Positions 28,594-41,961 of a DNA stretch of 64,000 nucleotides are shown here, in pieces; the first letter of the stretch is position 1, and the number at the start of each line of letters is the position of its first letter. This DNA comes from Malacoraja senta. Taxonomy: Eukaryota. Location of the stretch: contig CM075988.1 of the NCBI GenBank assembly GCA_038087875.1, positions 2,356,001-2,420,000 of the forward strand. The letters are read 5' to 3'. The notes under the pieces are model-generated. The model was not told the origin of the DNA. It saw only the letters and a program-made list of their open reading frames with translations, and ran no database searches. A program made the position numbers and the translations under genes.

Positions 28594-30226
28594 CACATGT
28601 CAATAATAAAGCAAACTAAACTATATTTCCTTCTAAGCACTGTGTTTACAGACCAGTTATGTTGCTCCAAGTTAGAATTTAATTGTTCCGTTTGATGCAT
28701 AACATGCTTGTCTCTTGAACAAACATGCTTGTCTCTTGAAAGCTGCCATATATTGACCATTTCCAACTGCCTTTGAGAAGTTGGAACCACCACCTCAAAC
28801 AGTTGCAATTTTCTGGTGACATTGTGTGCTTACATCCTTATCCTCAGCAGTAGAAGGTGTAGGTTTGGGAGATAACATTTGTAATTTGACTATGATGGTA
28901 TCATTATGAATGTCAAGAGTAGGGATGCAAGGCAGTCTGCCCTGCCAGATATGTTCATTGCTTGGCACTTGTCCCATGCAAATGTTACGTCAATTATTGA
29001 TCTCTGCCTGAAGGTTTTTCAGATCTTATACATGCAGGTATGGACTTGTTCATTTCTGTAGAGCTCGGGATAGAACTGAACATGAAATAATCAGCCAACA
29101 TCCCCTCTGATGACCTTATGATGTCATTGCTAAAGTTGCTGCAGGAAGTTGGGCCTGGAACCATGGCCTGATATTCTGGAACTGACAGCAATCACATTTT
29201 TTTTCAAGAGATGTGCGTTTTAACATTCAATAGATTTCCCCCCTTGTGTCACAACTCAGGCAGATGCTGCCTTGATATTAAGAGTAGTCATTCCAGTCTT
29301 CCTCTGGAATTTTGGTTTTTAGGACCAAAGCATGAATGTTTTGCTACAAACTATTATTTCACTGACCAGGTAATTGGTGATTGCTGTTTAAGGCTTCCAT
29401 AATTGAAGTGGTTATCATGATTTTTGTATAGGGGCCCTACCTGGGTAGTCTTATCATATTGTTAATGACAGATTCCATTGCTGCACCAGAACAGCTTAAC
29501 CAGTTTCTAGTTATTTCTTGAGGGCAAGTTTTCATGGTTTTTGCCAAGGTTGTATCTGTTCCCTTAATCTTTCCCAAATGCATGCTCAAGAATCAGTCAT
29601 ACAGCATAGAAAAGGCCCTTTGACCACTCATCCATGCCAAACAAGATGCCACATCCAAACTAGTCCCATTTGTCTGTGTTTGCCCCATATCCTTCAAGCT
29701 TTCCTATCTATGTACCTGTCCTAGTATTTTCCAAATGTTGTTTTATCACCTGCTCAACTACCACCTCTGGCACTCATTCCATTTAGCCACTACACTCAGT
29801 GAAAAAGTTCATATTAAACCTGTCCCATCTCACCTTAAACCTATGCCTTCTGTTTTTTGTTTCTCCTACCCTAGGTAAAATACTTGATTTTATATGGAAT
29901 GAACCATTTGGCTGCAGACTGGTTTACGTAAAGATAGGATTTCATAAAGAAGCCAAAATAGCACAAAGTAGACATTTCTGACTATATATTTTAGTTGTTA
30001 CCCTTGGCACTCGTGCACCGGGTTTTTGATTTCCATTTCCATCGTGATTTTTGCATAGAGGCCTCACCCGGGCACTCTTCCCACATTGTTGATGATAGAT
30101 TCCATCGTCTTAATTCGGTGTTTCCTGTCACCAAGCCAGTTTTGGATGCAGTATACCACTCTGACTTGGCTTGCAGCTAGTCATGTATGACATTGTCTGA
30201 AGCCTTGCCATATTACCTCGAGTGCA

Positions 30227-30315
30227 GACAAAAGTGCTGGAGAAACTCAGCGGGTGCAGCAGCATCTATGGAGCGAAGGAAATAGGCAACGTTTCGGGCC
30301 GAAACCCTTCTTCAG
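30227..30315 (-). mobile_element. Short Penelope-derived end with a hammerhead-like core, TSD-flanked
   Basis: 12-bp TSD ACCTCGAGTGCA (30215-30226, 30316-30327); minus strand reads CTGAAGAAGGGTTTCGGCCCGAAACGTT. Confidence 0.7.
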
Positions 30316-30600
30316 ACCTCGAGTGCACTGCCTTCATTCTCCACATTAAAAAAAAATCTTGTCATAGGGACTGAAATAGAATCTCAACCAGAAATACTCA
30401 GTAGGTCAGACAGCATCTGTGAAAAGTAAAACAGAATTAACATTTCACATTGAAGACTTTTCATCAGAACAGTCATTGACCTGAAATGTTAACTTTAAAA
30501 ATGAGCAAACTGAGTGTTTCCAACATTCTCTTTTTGTTTCACATTTCTAACCTATTTGTTTCTTTATTCATCAGACAAGACCTTCCCTTATCGAATCCAT

Positions 30601-30866
30601 GTTTAGTTTAGAGATACAGCTTGGAAACGGGCTCTTTGGCCCACTGAGTCTGCACCGACCAGTGATTATCCCGTACACTAAACGCTATCTTACACTCTCG
30701 GGACAATTTTTACCAGAGCCAATTAACTTACAAACCTAAATGTCTTTGGAGTGTGGGAGGAAACTGGATCACCCAGAGAAAACCCAAACCGTCACGGGGA
30801 GAATGTACAAACTCAGTCCAGACAGCACCCATAGTCAACTCCACCACATGCGCCACCGCACCACCC
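30601..30866 (-). mobile_element. V-SINE-like SINE (internally deleted head)
   Basis: Starts with the GTTTAGTTTA tail; V-domain present in reverse complement. Confidence 0.7.
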
Positions 30867-31129
30867 ATGATTAGTCTATGCATTGGTGAATGAATGTTTC
30901 CGGTTGATTAGAATTGACCAATAATTTGTCTGCTGCTTGTTAAACCCCCTAACTGGTATGTTACACAGTTTATCGCTTCCTATCATTTCAAACAATGGTG
31001 CACAGCTGAAGCTGTTGCAATCCTTTGGCATTATGATGTAAAAAGCTTACACAATTTTCTCCTCCTGTCATCAGTCCAGGACATATATTTTAGTTGCACC
31101 AAGTAGTTATTCACTTTCAACTTTCTCAG

Positions 31130-31720
31130 TTTCACTTTCTCAGGAAGTACAGGTATTGATGAGTGGTTTTGTGACCACACATTTTCAAAGATATTCACGC
31201 CCATGAATTTGAAGGTGTTGACTTTCTTCAGCATCATCCTGTCGATGAAGATGGGTTCATGGATCCCCAGCGTTCCCCTCCTGAAGTCAACAATAAGCTT
31301 CTTGCTAATATTGAGAGCAAGTTCTTGTTCTGATTCCATTCGATCAGATTATTAATCTTCCTCTGCACTGTGACTCATCGTATCAGTTATTCATCTAACA
31401 CTGGTGGTATTGTTAGTGAATTTAAAGATGTCATTTGTTTATTGAGGAGGAAGTATTGTTGTCATTTCACACTGATTGTGGTTTACCGATGAGAAAGTTG
31501 AGGATCCAACAGCATAGTGACAAGCAGAAAGCTAGTTGTTTGAGTTTGATGATAGGTTTAGAGAGAGTGATGATGTTGAATGATGAGCTACAGTCGATAA
31601 ACTACAGTCCGACTTACGTGTTCTTATTGTCCAAGTGGCCCAGGGCAGAGTGGAGAGCTAGCAAGGTCATATTCCCTGTTCATCTGTTGCGGTTGGTGGC
31701 AAATGTCAGTAGGTTCTTCT
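31130..31720 (-). mobile_element. Degenerate Rex1/Babar RT fragment
   Basis: LALNISKKLIVDFRR and KVNTFKFMGV remnants. Confidence 0.55.
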
Positions 31721-32058
31721 CTTAGTAATTATCATGGTCTTCATATATTATGAAATCTCTGGACCTCCTTTCATTTATTTCCTATTATCTTTTTAGTTGA
31801 CATTTCCTAATATGTTTCTGTGCTCTTTCCCTATTTACTAGTCTCACTGTTGTACTATGATAGTGTGAGCATTGTACCGTTGTGTCCAGACATTTTTTTT
31901 ATCTTGTCCTATACTCAAGGCACTATGTAATTGAGTGTATGTTATTGCTCTGCTTAGCACTGTGTCCCACACCAGATGATGTCTCCATGTCACTGGGTGT
32001 TGTGAATTAATGCCACATACCAGTGCACACTGACCTGTTTCATATTATTGGATACTAA

Positions 32059-32585
32059 AGTCCCTGTCCCACTTAGGTGATTTTTTTCCACGACTACAGG
32101 CGATTAGGCTGTCGCCACATGGTCGCGTGGTGACGCCTGTATGGTCATGAGTAGTCTCATCACGTCGCCTAAAGAGTCATAATGTTTTTCTGGTCGCCGC
32201 TGGATTTTGAAATGTTCAAAACTTTTCGGCGACTGTGGGCTTGTCGCAGCTTGTCTTCTTCTGTCGTAGATGCTGTTGTCGGCAGGATGACGCAGGTTGT
32301 CGCCAGGTGTTGTTCGTTGTTGCCGGGTGCTAACTTTGGTGAATCCCATTGGCGACTACCTACATCAACCTTCGTCAACCGGCGACAGGTACCGGCGACT
32401 GAATTGTCTTCAGTTGTCGCCGACAGGATCCTGTGTGGTCGTAGGTTGTCGTAGGTGTGGTCGTAAGTGGACATCCTAATGGGTTGCAAGTTGTCGGTAG
32501 CTTAACGTCGACTAGGTGGTAGGTTGTCGAAGCTTGTTGTAGACATTGTCGTGGGGGGTCCAATCGCCTAAGTGGGACAGGCCCT
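32059..32585. mobile_element. PIF/Harbinger-type MITE, related to the element at 18850-19144
   Basis: TIRs AGTCCCTGTCCCACTTAGGTGATT / AATCGCCTAAGTGGGACAGGCCCT; 3-bp TSD TAA; CpG-rich interior with GTCGCC/GGCGAC repeats. Confidence 0.8.
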
Positions 32586-33819
32586 TAATGCTCGTTATTG
32601 ATAGTGTAAACTATGCACATTGTCTCACCTTGTAGACAGCATTGTAAACACGAAACATTGTAGGTTTTTACTGTTTTGTGATATGCATTAATACTTTGGC
32701 CCATATAGGTTGTATTGGATTTCAAATGCCATAATAAGGGTACATTATTTGGCATGTTGGGACATTCAGCCATGATCATATTGAATGGCGGTGCAGGCTT
32801 GAAGGGCCGAATGGCCTACTCCTGCACCTATTTTCTATGTATCTATGGATGACAAGTACTAAGAATTGCTTATGCCGTACATCATTTTACCTAAAGGACT
32901 GATGGAAATCTTCATAACTCATCATAGATTTGATGGGCTGAATGGCCTCCTGTGTTGCAATATGAGGACTCCATATGTAATTTGAGATTCTAAAAGGGAT
33001 AGAGCACTGATGTTTCTGGAAATACAGTCACAAGACTACAGATACTGGAAAATTAATCAAAAATCATAGAGTCCAGACCCAAACCGTCTGTCCATTCACC
33101 TCTTCAGGTTTAGGTTTATTATTGCCACATGTACTGAGGTACACTAAAAAGCTTTGTTTTTCAGTAGCAGATGCTGCCTGACCCATTAAGTTCTTCCAGC
33201 AGTTTTTTATTTCCTGGAAATAAAGATAGGCAAAATATTTAAAATAGTAATGCAGATTAATGTCAAAAATCCAGACACATTTCAATTCAGTTAGAGTAAC
33301 ACTGTGCAGAAACAGGCCCTTTGGTCCACCATGTCCATGCTGTCCAGAAGCTATGCTTACCCATTCATATGGTTGGTGGCTTTCTATGTCTTGGCGATTC
33401 AAGTCTTTTTATTGTCTGGATATGTTTTAAATATCATAACGATATCTACCTCAACCAACTTCTCAAGCAGTGCTTTGCAGATTGCAACCACCCTCTGAGT
33501 GGGGAAAAAATCCAAGATCCCCTGTAACCTGCTTCTCCTTGAGCTTGTATAGCGCCTCATCATAATAAAGCAAGAGGTTACAGGTTAGCGTGCGATGGAA
33601 TTTTAGATTTTGAGTATCTGCAATTTTTGATTTACCTTTATGGTGAAGTTAGTTAATAACAAAGGGGAGAAAGGTTGTGTTGTTGAGTTTGGGGGAGTTT
33701 TACTATGGGAGCACCAGCACATGGGCTAAGTAGCAACTTTATGTTGGAAATTTATATGAAGAAGAATAATTGTGTTTCTGACATGATTGTTGATCGACGG
33801 TTGCCTTTTCCACCCACAG

Positions 33820-33911
33820 GCGAGGAGCGCTGATATTCCTGATCTCCCTGGAGAACTCCCACTCCGTCCCTGCGGAAGCACGGCCAGCATGAAAGTCAAA
33901 CACGTCAAAAA
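33820..33911 (+). CDS. ARHGAP32: Internal coding exon of Rho GTPase-activating protein 32 (PX-RICS), N-terminal region
   Basis: Acceptor ttttccacccacAG; 92-bp exon translating ARSADIPDLPGELPLRPCGSTASMKVKHVK(K); donor AA|gtaag (phase 2). Matches the recalled vertebrate ARHGAP32 segment ARGADVPEIPGDLTLKTCGSTASMKVKHVKK. Confidence 0.88.
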
Positions 33912-36359
33912 GTAAGATTGATTGCGTTCTTGTTTATGCATGTTTGGGCTCATCTGAATCCCGTCTTTTAGGATTGCAAGTTGTCCTCTGAGCATTATTT
34001 ATTCCCTCATTTGATTCACCACACAGATAATACTCACTTCCATCCAATTAAACTCCGTTTATGTGTTCATAAACTTGGTTTGTTTGATTTACTGTGTTAA
34101 TGATTCCTTTGATTTGGATAAATGTAAGTGAAGTTGCGTTCAGTGACATACTTGTGTTCTGGTAGTTGCACTGCATTTTGAACATTCCATAGTTTATATG
34201 TTGTCCTCATGGGGCTTGCAATGTGCAATTGCTTGATTAGAAATATAAGCAAAAAGTCAGAAATGAAATAACCTTCAATTTTGTTTCCCATGGTAACGTT
34301 GAAAAAATATGCTTTGATGCTAATCCCAGTCAAGCTATTAAATTGCTAGATATTCTCAAGCAGAAACTCCTAGTGTTGTGGTCTCTGGAGATGAAGCAAG
34401 AAATTCTACAAGCGGTACTGTAAAAGGGGCCACGTTTGTTCATGCTGATCTGTAGAGGGAGTTCTCAACACCTGCAATCTGATCAGTGCTGATTAATGGG
34501 TTGCCTCCCCATGCCAGTCCGAGTGCCAGTATTAGTTAGATGGTGTCAGGTTTGAATAACGTCACCAGGTACATGGAATTTATTCCAAATATCAATAAAA
34601 ATTAGAATATGTAAAACAATGTGGCTTTGATGTGATCAATTTGAAACTAATTATACTTGTTATACAGGTCAGAGAAAAGTTTATTGAGTGAAAAATGCAA
34701 GGTGTAAGATTGTAAAAATGAAAGTCGGGTTTAAGAAGATGATATCAGATAGAGCATTTGCGTAATATAAAGCTAAAAGGAAAGAAAATGGGATTAGAAA
34801 GGACTAAAGAAGCCTTAAGATGTCTTTGGCGAGTTGTATTAAAGGACATCTAAAGGCTTTTAAAAACAAGGGAGACAGTAGAACCACTCGAGGACAAAAG
34901 AAGGAATTTCTGCTTGGAATCAGAGGATGTAGGTGATGTACTAAATTAGTATTTTCCATCTGACTTCACAATGAAGGATATGGAGGACAGTGAGATCAGT
35001 GTGGGGGAATTCCCAAATGCAAAGGCCTTTTGAGATCAAGAAGGTGGTGGTTTTGGGACTCTTAAAGAGCATGAAGGTGGATAAATCCTCAGGGCCTGAT
35101 GTGATCTATCCCAGATTAATAATAGAAGCAAAAGAAAATATTGAAAATATGAAAATGTTATTTTCTTTAATTAAACTAATTAATTTTAGATTGTTCATTT
35201 TAGGGTTCATAGTTATTTTCCCCATGGGCAGAGAGAGGCAGAGTTGTTATGGAAAATGAGCCCAGAGAATTGAAGGTGAATGAAAGACAGTGCTTATAAG
35301 TGAAGATAGGATCTTGGCCAAAAAATAATTTGTGGATTTCAGAAGTAATTGAGTACAAGCTGAAGGTTGCAGACTGGGAATGGGCCGCAACCAAGGAGGA
35401 ATTTGAAGTTAAAGGCACCAAATTGAAATTTGCAATGACATTGGATTAGCAGGGACAGAGGTGATGGGAGAGAAGAGAATTAGTGCAGGACAAGATATGG
35501 GTATAGAGAACGGATGATGAGTAGTGAGGAATGTTATCTCAAGTGGCAGTGCTGGTTCTAAAGATGGATTGGGTCTGTGGTTTGAGAGGGAACAGATTTA
35601 TTAGATGGTTTCTGGCATGAGGAACACCATATTCAGAAAAATGTGAAGAATTTTGATTGGGGATAAGGAATGATATCCAAGGGATTATTTAAAGTTAAAA
35701 GCTTAGGAACCAGCATGTAGATAATATGGATAAATTGAACTGCGTGCAGATCAGCAGTGAAGTTTGAGCAACTGAGCAGCCTCTTGCTTTTCTTATACTT
35801 GTTTGTTCACAGTGGATGGGAAACATGTATGAGAGTAATGTTAGGGGAATTACATGTGAGAGGTGGAGAAGCATTTTTAAATGAGGCTGTAATAAGTAAC
35901 TATTCTAATTTGATTTACTGCCAAAAGCATGGACGTAATGATAAGTACAACAATAAATGCAGTGATGGAAAGCAGCAGAACGGTGCAAAGATTGTAGCAG
36001 GGCTCTCAATTAACTTTTTTTCTCTGATGCCAGCCGGGCAACCTCGGCAGCTTTTTAGTTGCCAAATGACAGTTTAGGTGGTCATTTAAGACGGCTTGCA
36101 TGACGCGTGAGATAATGGCCTCAGACGAAGTGCGTAGTTACCAGTCGGAATTATGGTCAATGAAGCATTCACATATTATTTCTGTTTCAAATAAAGTCAC
36201 AAACTAAACAAATTCGCCAATCAAGACATGATATATACCACAATGACATGAAGCAAAATTACAATACAGTATCTCAACTCTTTTTACACGTTGCAAGGAA
36301 TGCAATTTCTATTATTTCTTTCCACTTCCAAACAAAAATCTGGTTGGATTATTCAGCGT

Positions 36360-37310
36360 ATGATCAACCTCGGTGAGACAAAGTACAGGCTTGGCGATCG
36401 CTTCGCACAACACCTTCACTCAGTTCGCAATAACCAACCTGATCTCCCAGTGGCTCAGCACTTCAACTCCCCCTCCCATTCCGAATCCGACCTTTCTGTC
36501 CTGGGCCTCCTCCATGGCCAGAGTGAGGCCCACTGCAAATTGGAGGAATAGCACTTCATATTTCCCTTGGGTAGTTTACACCCCAGCAGTATGAACATTG
36601 GCTTCTCCAATTTCAGGTAGTCCTTGCTTTCTCCGTCCTTCCCCTTCCATTCCCAGCTCTCCCACAGCCTACTGTCTCCGCCCCCCCCCCCCCCCCGACT
36701 TCAGTCTGAAGAAGGATCTCGACCCGAAACTTTGCCTATTCCTTTGCTCCATATATGCTGCCTCACCCGCTGATTTTCTCCAGCTTTGTCTACCAACGGG
36801 ACCTCACCACTGGCCACATCTTCCCATCTCTTCCCCTGTCTGTTTTCCGCAGAGACCGCTCCCTCCGTAACTCCCTGGTCAATTCGTCCCTTCCCATCCA
36901 AACCACCCCCTCTCCTGGCACTTTCCCTTGCAACCGCAGGAAATGCCACACTTATCGCTTTACCTCCCCCCTTGACTCCATTCAAGGACCCAAGCAGTCT
37001 TTCCAGGTGCGGCAGAGGTTCACCTGCACCGCCTCCAACCTCATCTATTGCATCCGCTGCTCTAGGTGTCAGATGCTCTACATCGGTGAGACCAAGCGTA
37101 GGCTTGGCGATCGCTTCGCCCAACACCCACTCGGTTTGCCGTAACCAACCTGATCTCCCGGTGGCTCAGCACTTCAACTCCCCCTCCCATTCCAAATCCG
37201 ACCTTTCTGTCTTGGGCCTCCTCGATGGCCAGAGTGAGGCCCACCGTAAATTGGAGGAGCAGTGCCTCATATTTCGCTTGGGCAGTTTACACCCCAGCGA
37301 TATGAACATC
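36360..37310 (+). mobile_element. Penelope-like element (Poseidon-type) GIY-YIG 3' region, partially tandem
   Basis: NLIYCIRCSRCQMLYIGETKRRLGDRFAQH and PVAQHFN GIY-YIG motifs; two partial copies head-to-tail around a pseudo-LTR end at ~36700-36790. Confidence 0.85.
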
Positions 37311-37784
37311 AATGTCCTTTCATGGTCACTGCATCAGCATGAAGGCACTAGGTTAGGTTGCTGGTATGTGGATGCCTAGGAGCTTGAAGCTGTCAACTAT
37401 CTCTGCAGCATCTCTGTTTATGAGGACAGGGTTGTTTTTACTTTCCGCTTCTTCAGGTCAACCATCAACTCTAGTCTTGTTGCGGTTATTGGCAAGGTTG
37501 TAGTCCTAACACTATGACAGAAGGTTGCCAGTCTCTTTCCTGTACTCCGTCTCATCACTGTTGTTTATCTGGCCGACAACCTTAGGATTCATCAGTGAAC
37601 GTAAAGATTGATTTGGTGCTGCACTTGGCCACACAGTCATGGGTATACAGTGAGAAGAGCATGTGACTGAGCTCACAACCTTGAGCGGCACCATTAGAAC
37701 ATAGAGCAGTGCAGCACAGGAATGAGCAATGTTTGTGCCGAACACGATGCCTAGCTGATTAACTTCACTACTAATTTCCATCCT

Positions 37785-39030
37785 GCATTCAAATTCACTT
37801 GGACCATCTTTGACATCTCCCTACCATTTCTTGATCTCACCATATCCATCACAGGAGATAGACATCAACTGATATCTATTATAAACCTACTGATTCCCAC
37901 AGCTATCTTCACCATCCCAGCCTGCCTCCTGCAAGGACTCTATACCCTACTCCCAATTCCTTGATCTGCCACATCTGCGCCCAAGATGAGGTGTTCCATA
38001 CCAGGACATCTGAGATGTCCTCATTCTATGGAGATGTCCTCATCCCCCTCATAACAGGGACAGAGTTCCCCTCATCCTCACTTTTCACCTCGTAAGCCGT
38101 CGCATACAGCACATATTCCTCCGACATTTTTGCCACCTCCAATGGGATGCTACCACTAGCCACATCTTCCCATCTCCAACCCTTTCCCTTCCGCAGAGAC
38201 TGTTCCTTCCGCAACTCCCTGGTTAACTCGTCCCTTCCCACCCAAACCACCCCCTCCCCAATTACTTTCCCCTGCAACCGCAGGAGATGCGACACCTGTC
38301 CCTTTACCTCCTCCCTTGACTCTGTCGAAGGACCCCGATAGTCCCTTTTGGTGAGGCAGATGCAACACCTGTCCCTTGTACCTCGTCCAACCACATCTAT
38401 TGTATCCGCTGTTCCAGGTGTGGACTAATATATATCGGCGAGACCAAGCGCAGGCTTGGCAATCGCTTCACCGAACACCTCTACTCAGTCTGCCTAAATC
38501 TACCTGATCTCCCAGTTGATAAAACACTTTAACTCCCCCGCCCTTTCCCACACTGACCTTTCTGTCCTGGGCTTCCTCCATTGTCAGAGTGAGGTCCAGT
38601 GCAAATTGGAGGAACAGCACCTCATATTTCGCCTGGGCAGCTTACACCCCAGCGGTATGAATATTGACTTTTCTAACTTCAAGTAACCCTTGCTTTCCCT
38701 CTCTATCCCTCCCCATTCCTGGTTATCTGACCGGTCTGATTGTCCCCCTGATTAAATTTTATCTCTGTTTTGTTGTCACCTTCAATTGTCACTAGCAATG
38801 ATCTATTCTACATTTTCTCTGACCCTCATCTCCTTTCATGTTTCGTTTTCACACCTTACCCTTCCTTATCTCTGTCTCACTCTCCCCTGACTCTCAGTTT
38901 GAAGAAGGGTCTCAACCTGAAACATCACCCATTCCTTTTATCGAGAGTTGCTGCTAGTCCTGCTGAGTTATTCCAACATTTTGTGTCTATCTTCAGTGTA
39001 AAATGGCATCTGCAGTTTCTTCCTGCACAC
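37785..39030 (+). mobile_element. Penelope-like element, RT C-terminus plus GIY-YIG and 3' pseudo-LTR (degenerate)
   Basis: LPFLDL..STDIYYKPTDSHSYL, CKDSIPYSQFL and IYCIRCSRCGLIYIGETKRRL remnants; typical 3' end ...GCATCTGCAGTT. Confidence 0.8.
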
Positions 39031-39433
39031 CCATCTGCTTGCAAGTGAGGTCTGAGGTTGACCGACGTCTAACCATCAGGAACTACAGAGCAAATAGAAC
39101 TATCTGCATTACTCTGAAAGAATTGGCACTGATTTGATGGCTGCCATGATTCCTACAGTACATTATCCAACGATTCCCAGTCATTGCCTCTTTATGCGAT
39201 GATTAGCAACGTCGACAAACTGAAATCAAACCTTTAATCTGCTCATTTATTTTTTTCCCTTTATTTTGTACAACTCTACAATTCTATTCAGGATGGCACA
39301 GTAGGGGAATATCCAAAGCTACTATTGAGTTGAGCCAGTTCCAAAAAAGCAGCAATGTGTTTCCATGGATGATAAAGATGCTAACAGCACGTTCTTTCCT
39401 GGTGAGTATTAATGGTGTTCTCTTCTCTTGCAG

Positions 39434-39518
39434 GCTGGCATTCGCGAAAGGGCACTTTCCCAAGCTTGCCGAATGTGCCCATTTCCACTACGAGAATGTG
39501 GACTTTGGCAGCATACAA
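39434..39518 (+). CDS. ARHGAP32: Next coding exon of ARHGAP32, just upstream of the PX domain
   Basis: Acceptor tcttctcttgcAG; 85-bp exon (K)LAFAKGHFPKLAECAHFHYENVDFGSIQ; donor gtgagt. Phase-compatible with the 33820-33911 exon (AA|G = Lys). The GHFPKxAECAHFHYENVxFGSIQ motif is characteristic of ARHGAP32/33; the upstream exon favours ARHGAP32. Confidence 0.9.
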
Positions 39519-40100
39519 GTGAGTGACACTTTATAGATACCACATTATGGACATTGTACCTTGCTGCACTCTGGCACCAATAATATAAAAGATTATGAAA
39601 TAACTCAGTATTGATTTATATCTCTGCAGCAATATAATCTAATGTAGTCTATTTGTCTTGTCAAAGCATCTTTCATTTGTGCATATTAATGAGCAAATAA
39701 AAGAGCAAATGACCAAAAGTTTGGTAAAAAGGAAGCTTTAAAAGTAATTTTAAAAAAGAGATTTACAAAAGGAATTCCTGAACGTGCTGTTAGTTGAAGG
39801 CAAGGTGGCTAGTGGTGGTCGTCACAATTCAATTTGGTGATGCATGTGAGACCAGAAATGGTGACATGGCAGAATTTCTAGGTGATGTTGCTGGATAAAC
39901 AGGATTGGCAGAAATTAGAACATGAGCAGTATGATTTAGATGAGTTTATGGGACAGCAGAAGGAAGGCCAGGCCGGAGCTTGTTGGTACATTGCATTTAC
40001 GTGTAACAAAGGCAAGCATGAGCTGAGCAAGGTTGACATTATTCAGTAGTACAGAAGTGGAGATGGGCATATTTAGTGGCGAAACAAGGAACTGCAGATT

Positions 40101-40318
40101 GTTAAAGAAGGAACTGCAGATGCTGGAAAATCGAAGGTACACAAAAATGCTGGAGAAACTCAGCGGGTGCAGCAGCATCTATGGAGCGAAGGAAATAGGC
40201 AACGTTTCGGGCCGAAACCCTTCTTCAGACTGATGGGTTTTGGCCCGAAACGTTGCCTATTTCCTTTGCTCCATAGATGCTGCTGCACCCGCTGAGTTTC
40301 TCCAGCATTTTTGTGTAC
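40101..40318. mobile_element. Fold-back (inverted) Penelope end inserted into another Penelope end
   Basis: Arms 40136-40220 and 40235-40319 are near-perfect inverted repeats; flanking duplication CAAGGAACTGCAGAT at 40086 and 40319. Confidence 0.75.
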
Positions 40319-41761
40319 CAAGGAACTGCAGATGCTGGTTTAAAAAAAAGGCACAAAATACCGAGTAACTCAGTGAGTCGGGCAGCATCTCTAGAGGACT
40401 TGGATAGTCATCGCTTTGGGTCAGGACTCTTTTTCAGACTGACAAGTGGGGGAGGGACAAGGCCAGGCAAGTGATAGGTGGACACAGGTGAGGGGGTTTG
40501 ATTGGCAGATGGGTGGACAAAGGCCCGAAATAATAAGGAGACAATAGGATGTAAAAAAAGGAGCGAATAAAGTGAAATATGAAGCTGGGAGGGGGGATGG
40601 GGGATAGGTGCGTAACCTGGTGAGGTACATGGAAGAGAGGATGGAGAAGGTGTGGGCTTTTTGTTACCTAAAGTTGGAGGATTCATTATTTATACAGTTG
40701 GGTCGTAAACTATGTAAGTGGAATATGAGCTGCAGTTCCTCCAGTATGCGTCAATATGGGAGTTAAAATGGTTAGCAACCAGGAGATCCAACAGGCCCAG
40801 ATACACCGAGTGCTAGTGTTTGGTAAAATAGTTGCCTAGTCTACGCTTTGTCTCGCTGATAATTGAAGGATGGTGATGCACATAGAACATAAGCAGGAGT
40901 AGACCAGGTAGAGAGCTGGAATATCAAACCGAATATCACCTCGTGCTGCCTGGAATACTGCAGTAAGGCACTTTCTACCCTCACCAAATGAGCCATGTCC
41001 TCAGAAAGATGTAAAGTCCAGAAGAGAGCCAGTCCAACAAATTACATGAAAAAAACTGGACTAATTCTATCTTCACCCCTCAGATGATGTTAATGTGTCC
41101 ACTGAATTTATTATAGAAGAATGCAAGAATATATTAAATGTTAATCTATTTTTCTATAATGGAAAATAAATATGTAACGTTTGCCTTAGGAAGAACAAAT
41201 CCTTTATGTTTATACATCTTTCCCTGCATCCATCTAAATCCTTTTAATGAGGATTTTATTTATCTGTCCTATAATCTGCACATTTACTGGCCATCCAAGA
41301 TCAATGACCAGGTCATTAATATGGGGGAGTGAAAAAGAATAGCAAATCTAAGATCAATCTCTTATTGGAAGTGTGGTTAGTGTTTATTGTTGAGGTTGTG
41401 GTGGCGTGTTGTGAACACTATTAGAAGGGAAGCGAAAATGTTGTAAGGAAGTAAATGTGGGATTGGGATTAATAAGAATACTCTGAATGTTGCAAAATGG
41501 GATTAATGTCCTTGTGCATTTGATGGTCGACGCGGACACTGTAGGTTGAAAGGCGTGTTGACTGCATTCTGGCTCATCCATTGCCATTGGGTGCACCGGC
41601 TGGCCAAAACTAAATTTCTTCTGCATGTATTGATCCAGATGTTTCTATCTGCAAAATGTATGAAGTTGCTGGTTCATTCAGTGAATGTTGACAATCAGAA
41701 AAACTCTCAAGGCTGCATCTTGTCCACTTGGCTCCCAGGAAATAGTAAGGTCCTATTTCAC

Positions 41762-41961
41762 NNNNNNNNNNNNNNNNNNNNNNNNNNNNNNNNNNNNNNN
41801 NNNNNNNNNNNNNNNNNNNNNNNNNNNNNNNNNNNNNNNNNNNNNNNNNNNNNNNNNNNNNNNNNNNNNNNNNNNNNNNNNNNNNNNNNNNNNNNNNNNN
41901 NNNNNNNNNNNNNNNNNNNNNNNNNNNNNNNNNNNNNNNNNNNNNNNNNNNNNNNNNNNNN
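41762..41961. other. Assembly gap (200 N)
   Basis: Run of N. Confidence 1.

Noticed and set aside
32104..32563. Cluster of overlapping ORFs on both strands
   Set aside because: Arises from the stop-poor, GC-rich repetitive interior of a MITE; no transposase motifs.
35813..35860. Good polypyrimidine tract and acceptor between the two ARHGAP32 exons (possible cassette exon)
   Set aside because: No convincing donor in the required phase and no recognisable homology.
39292..39400. AG...GTGAGT-bounded pseudo-exon just before the real exon
   Set aside because: In-frame stop (TAG) and the downstream intron would be only 33 bp.
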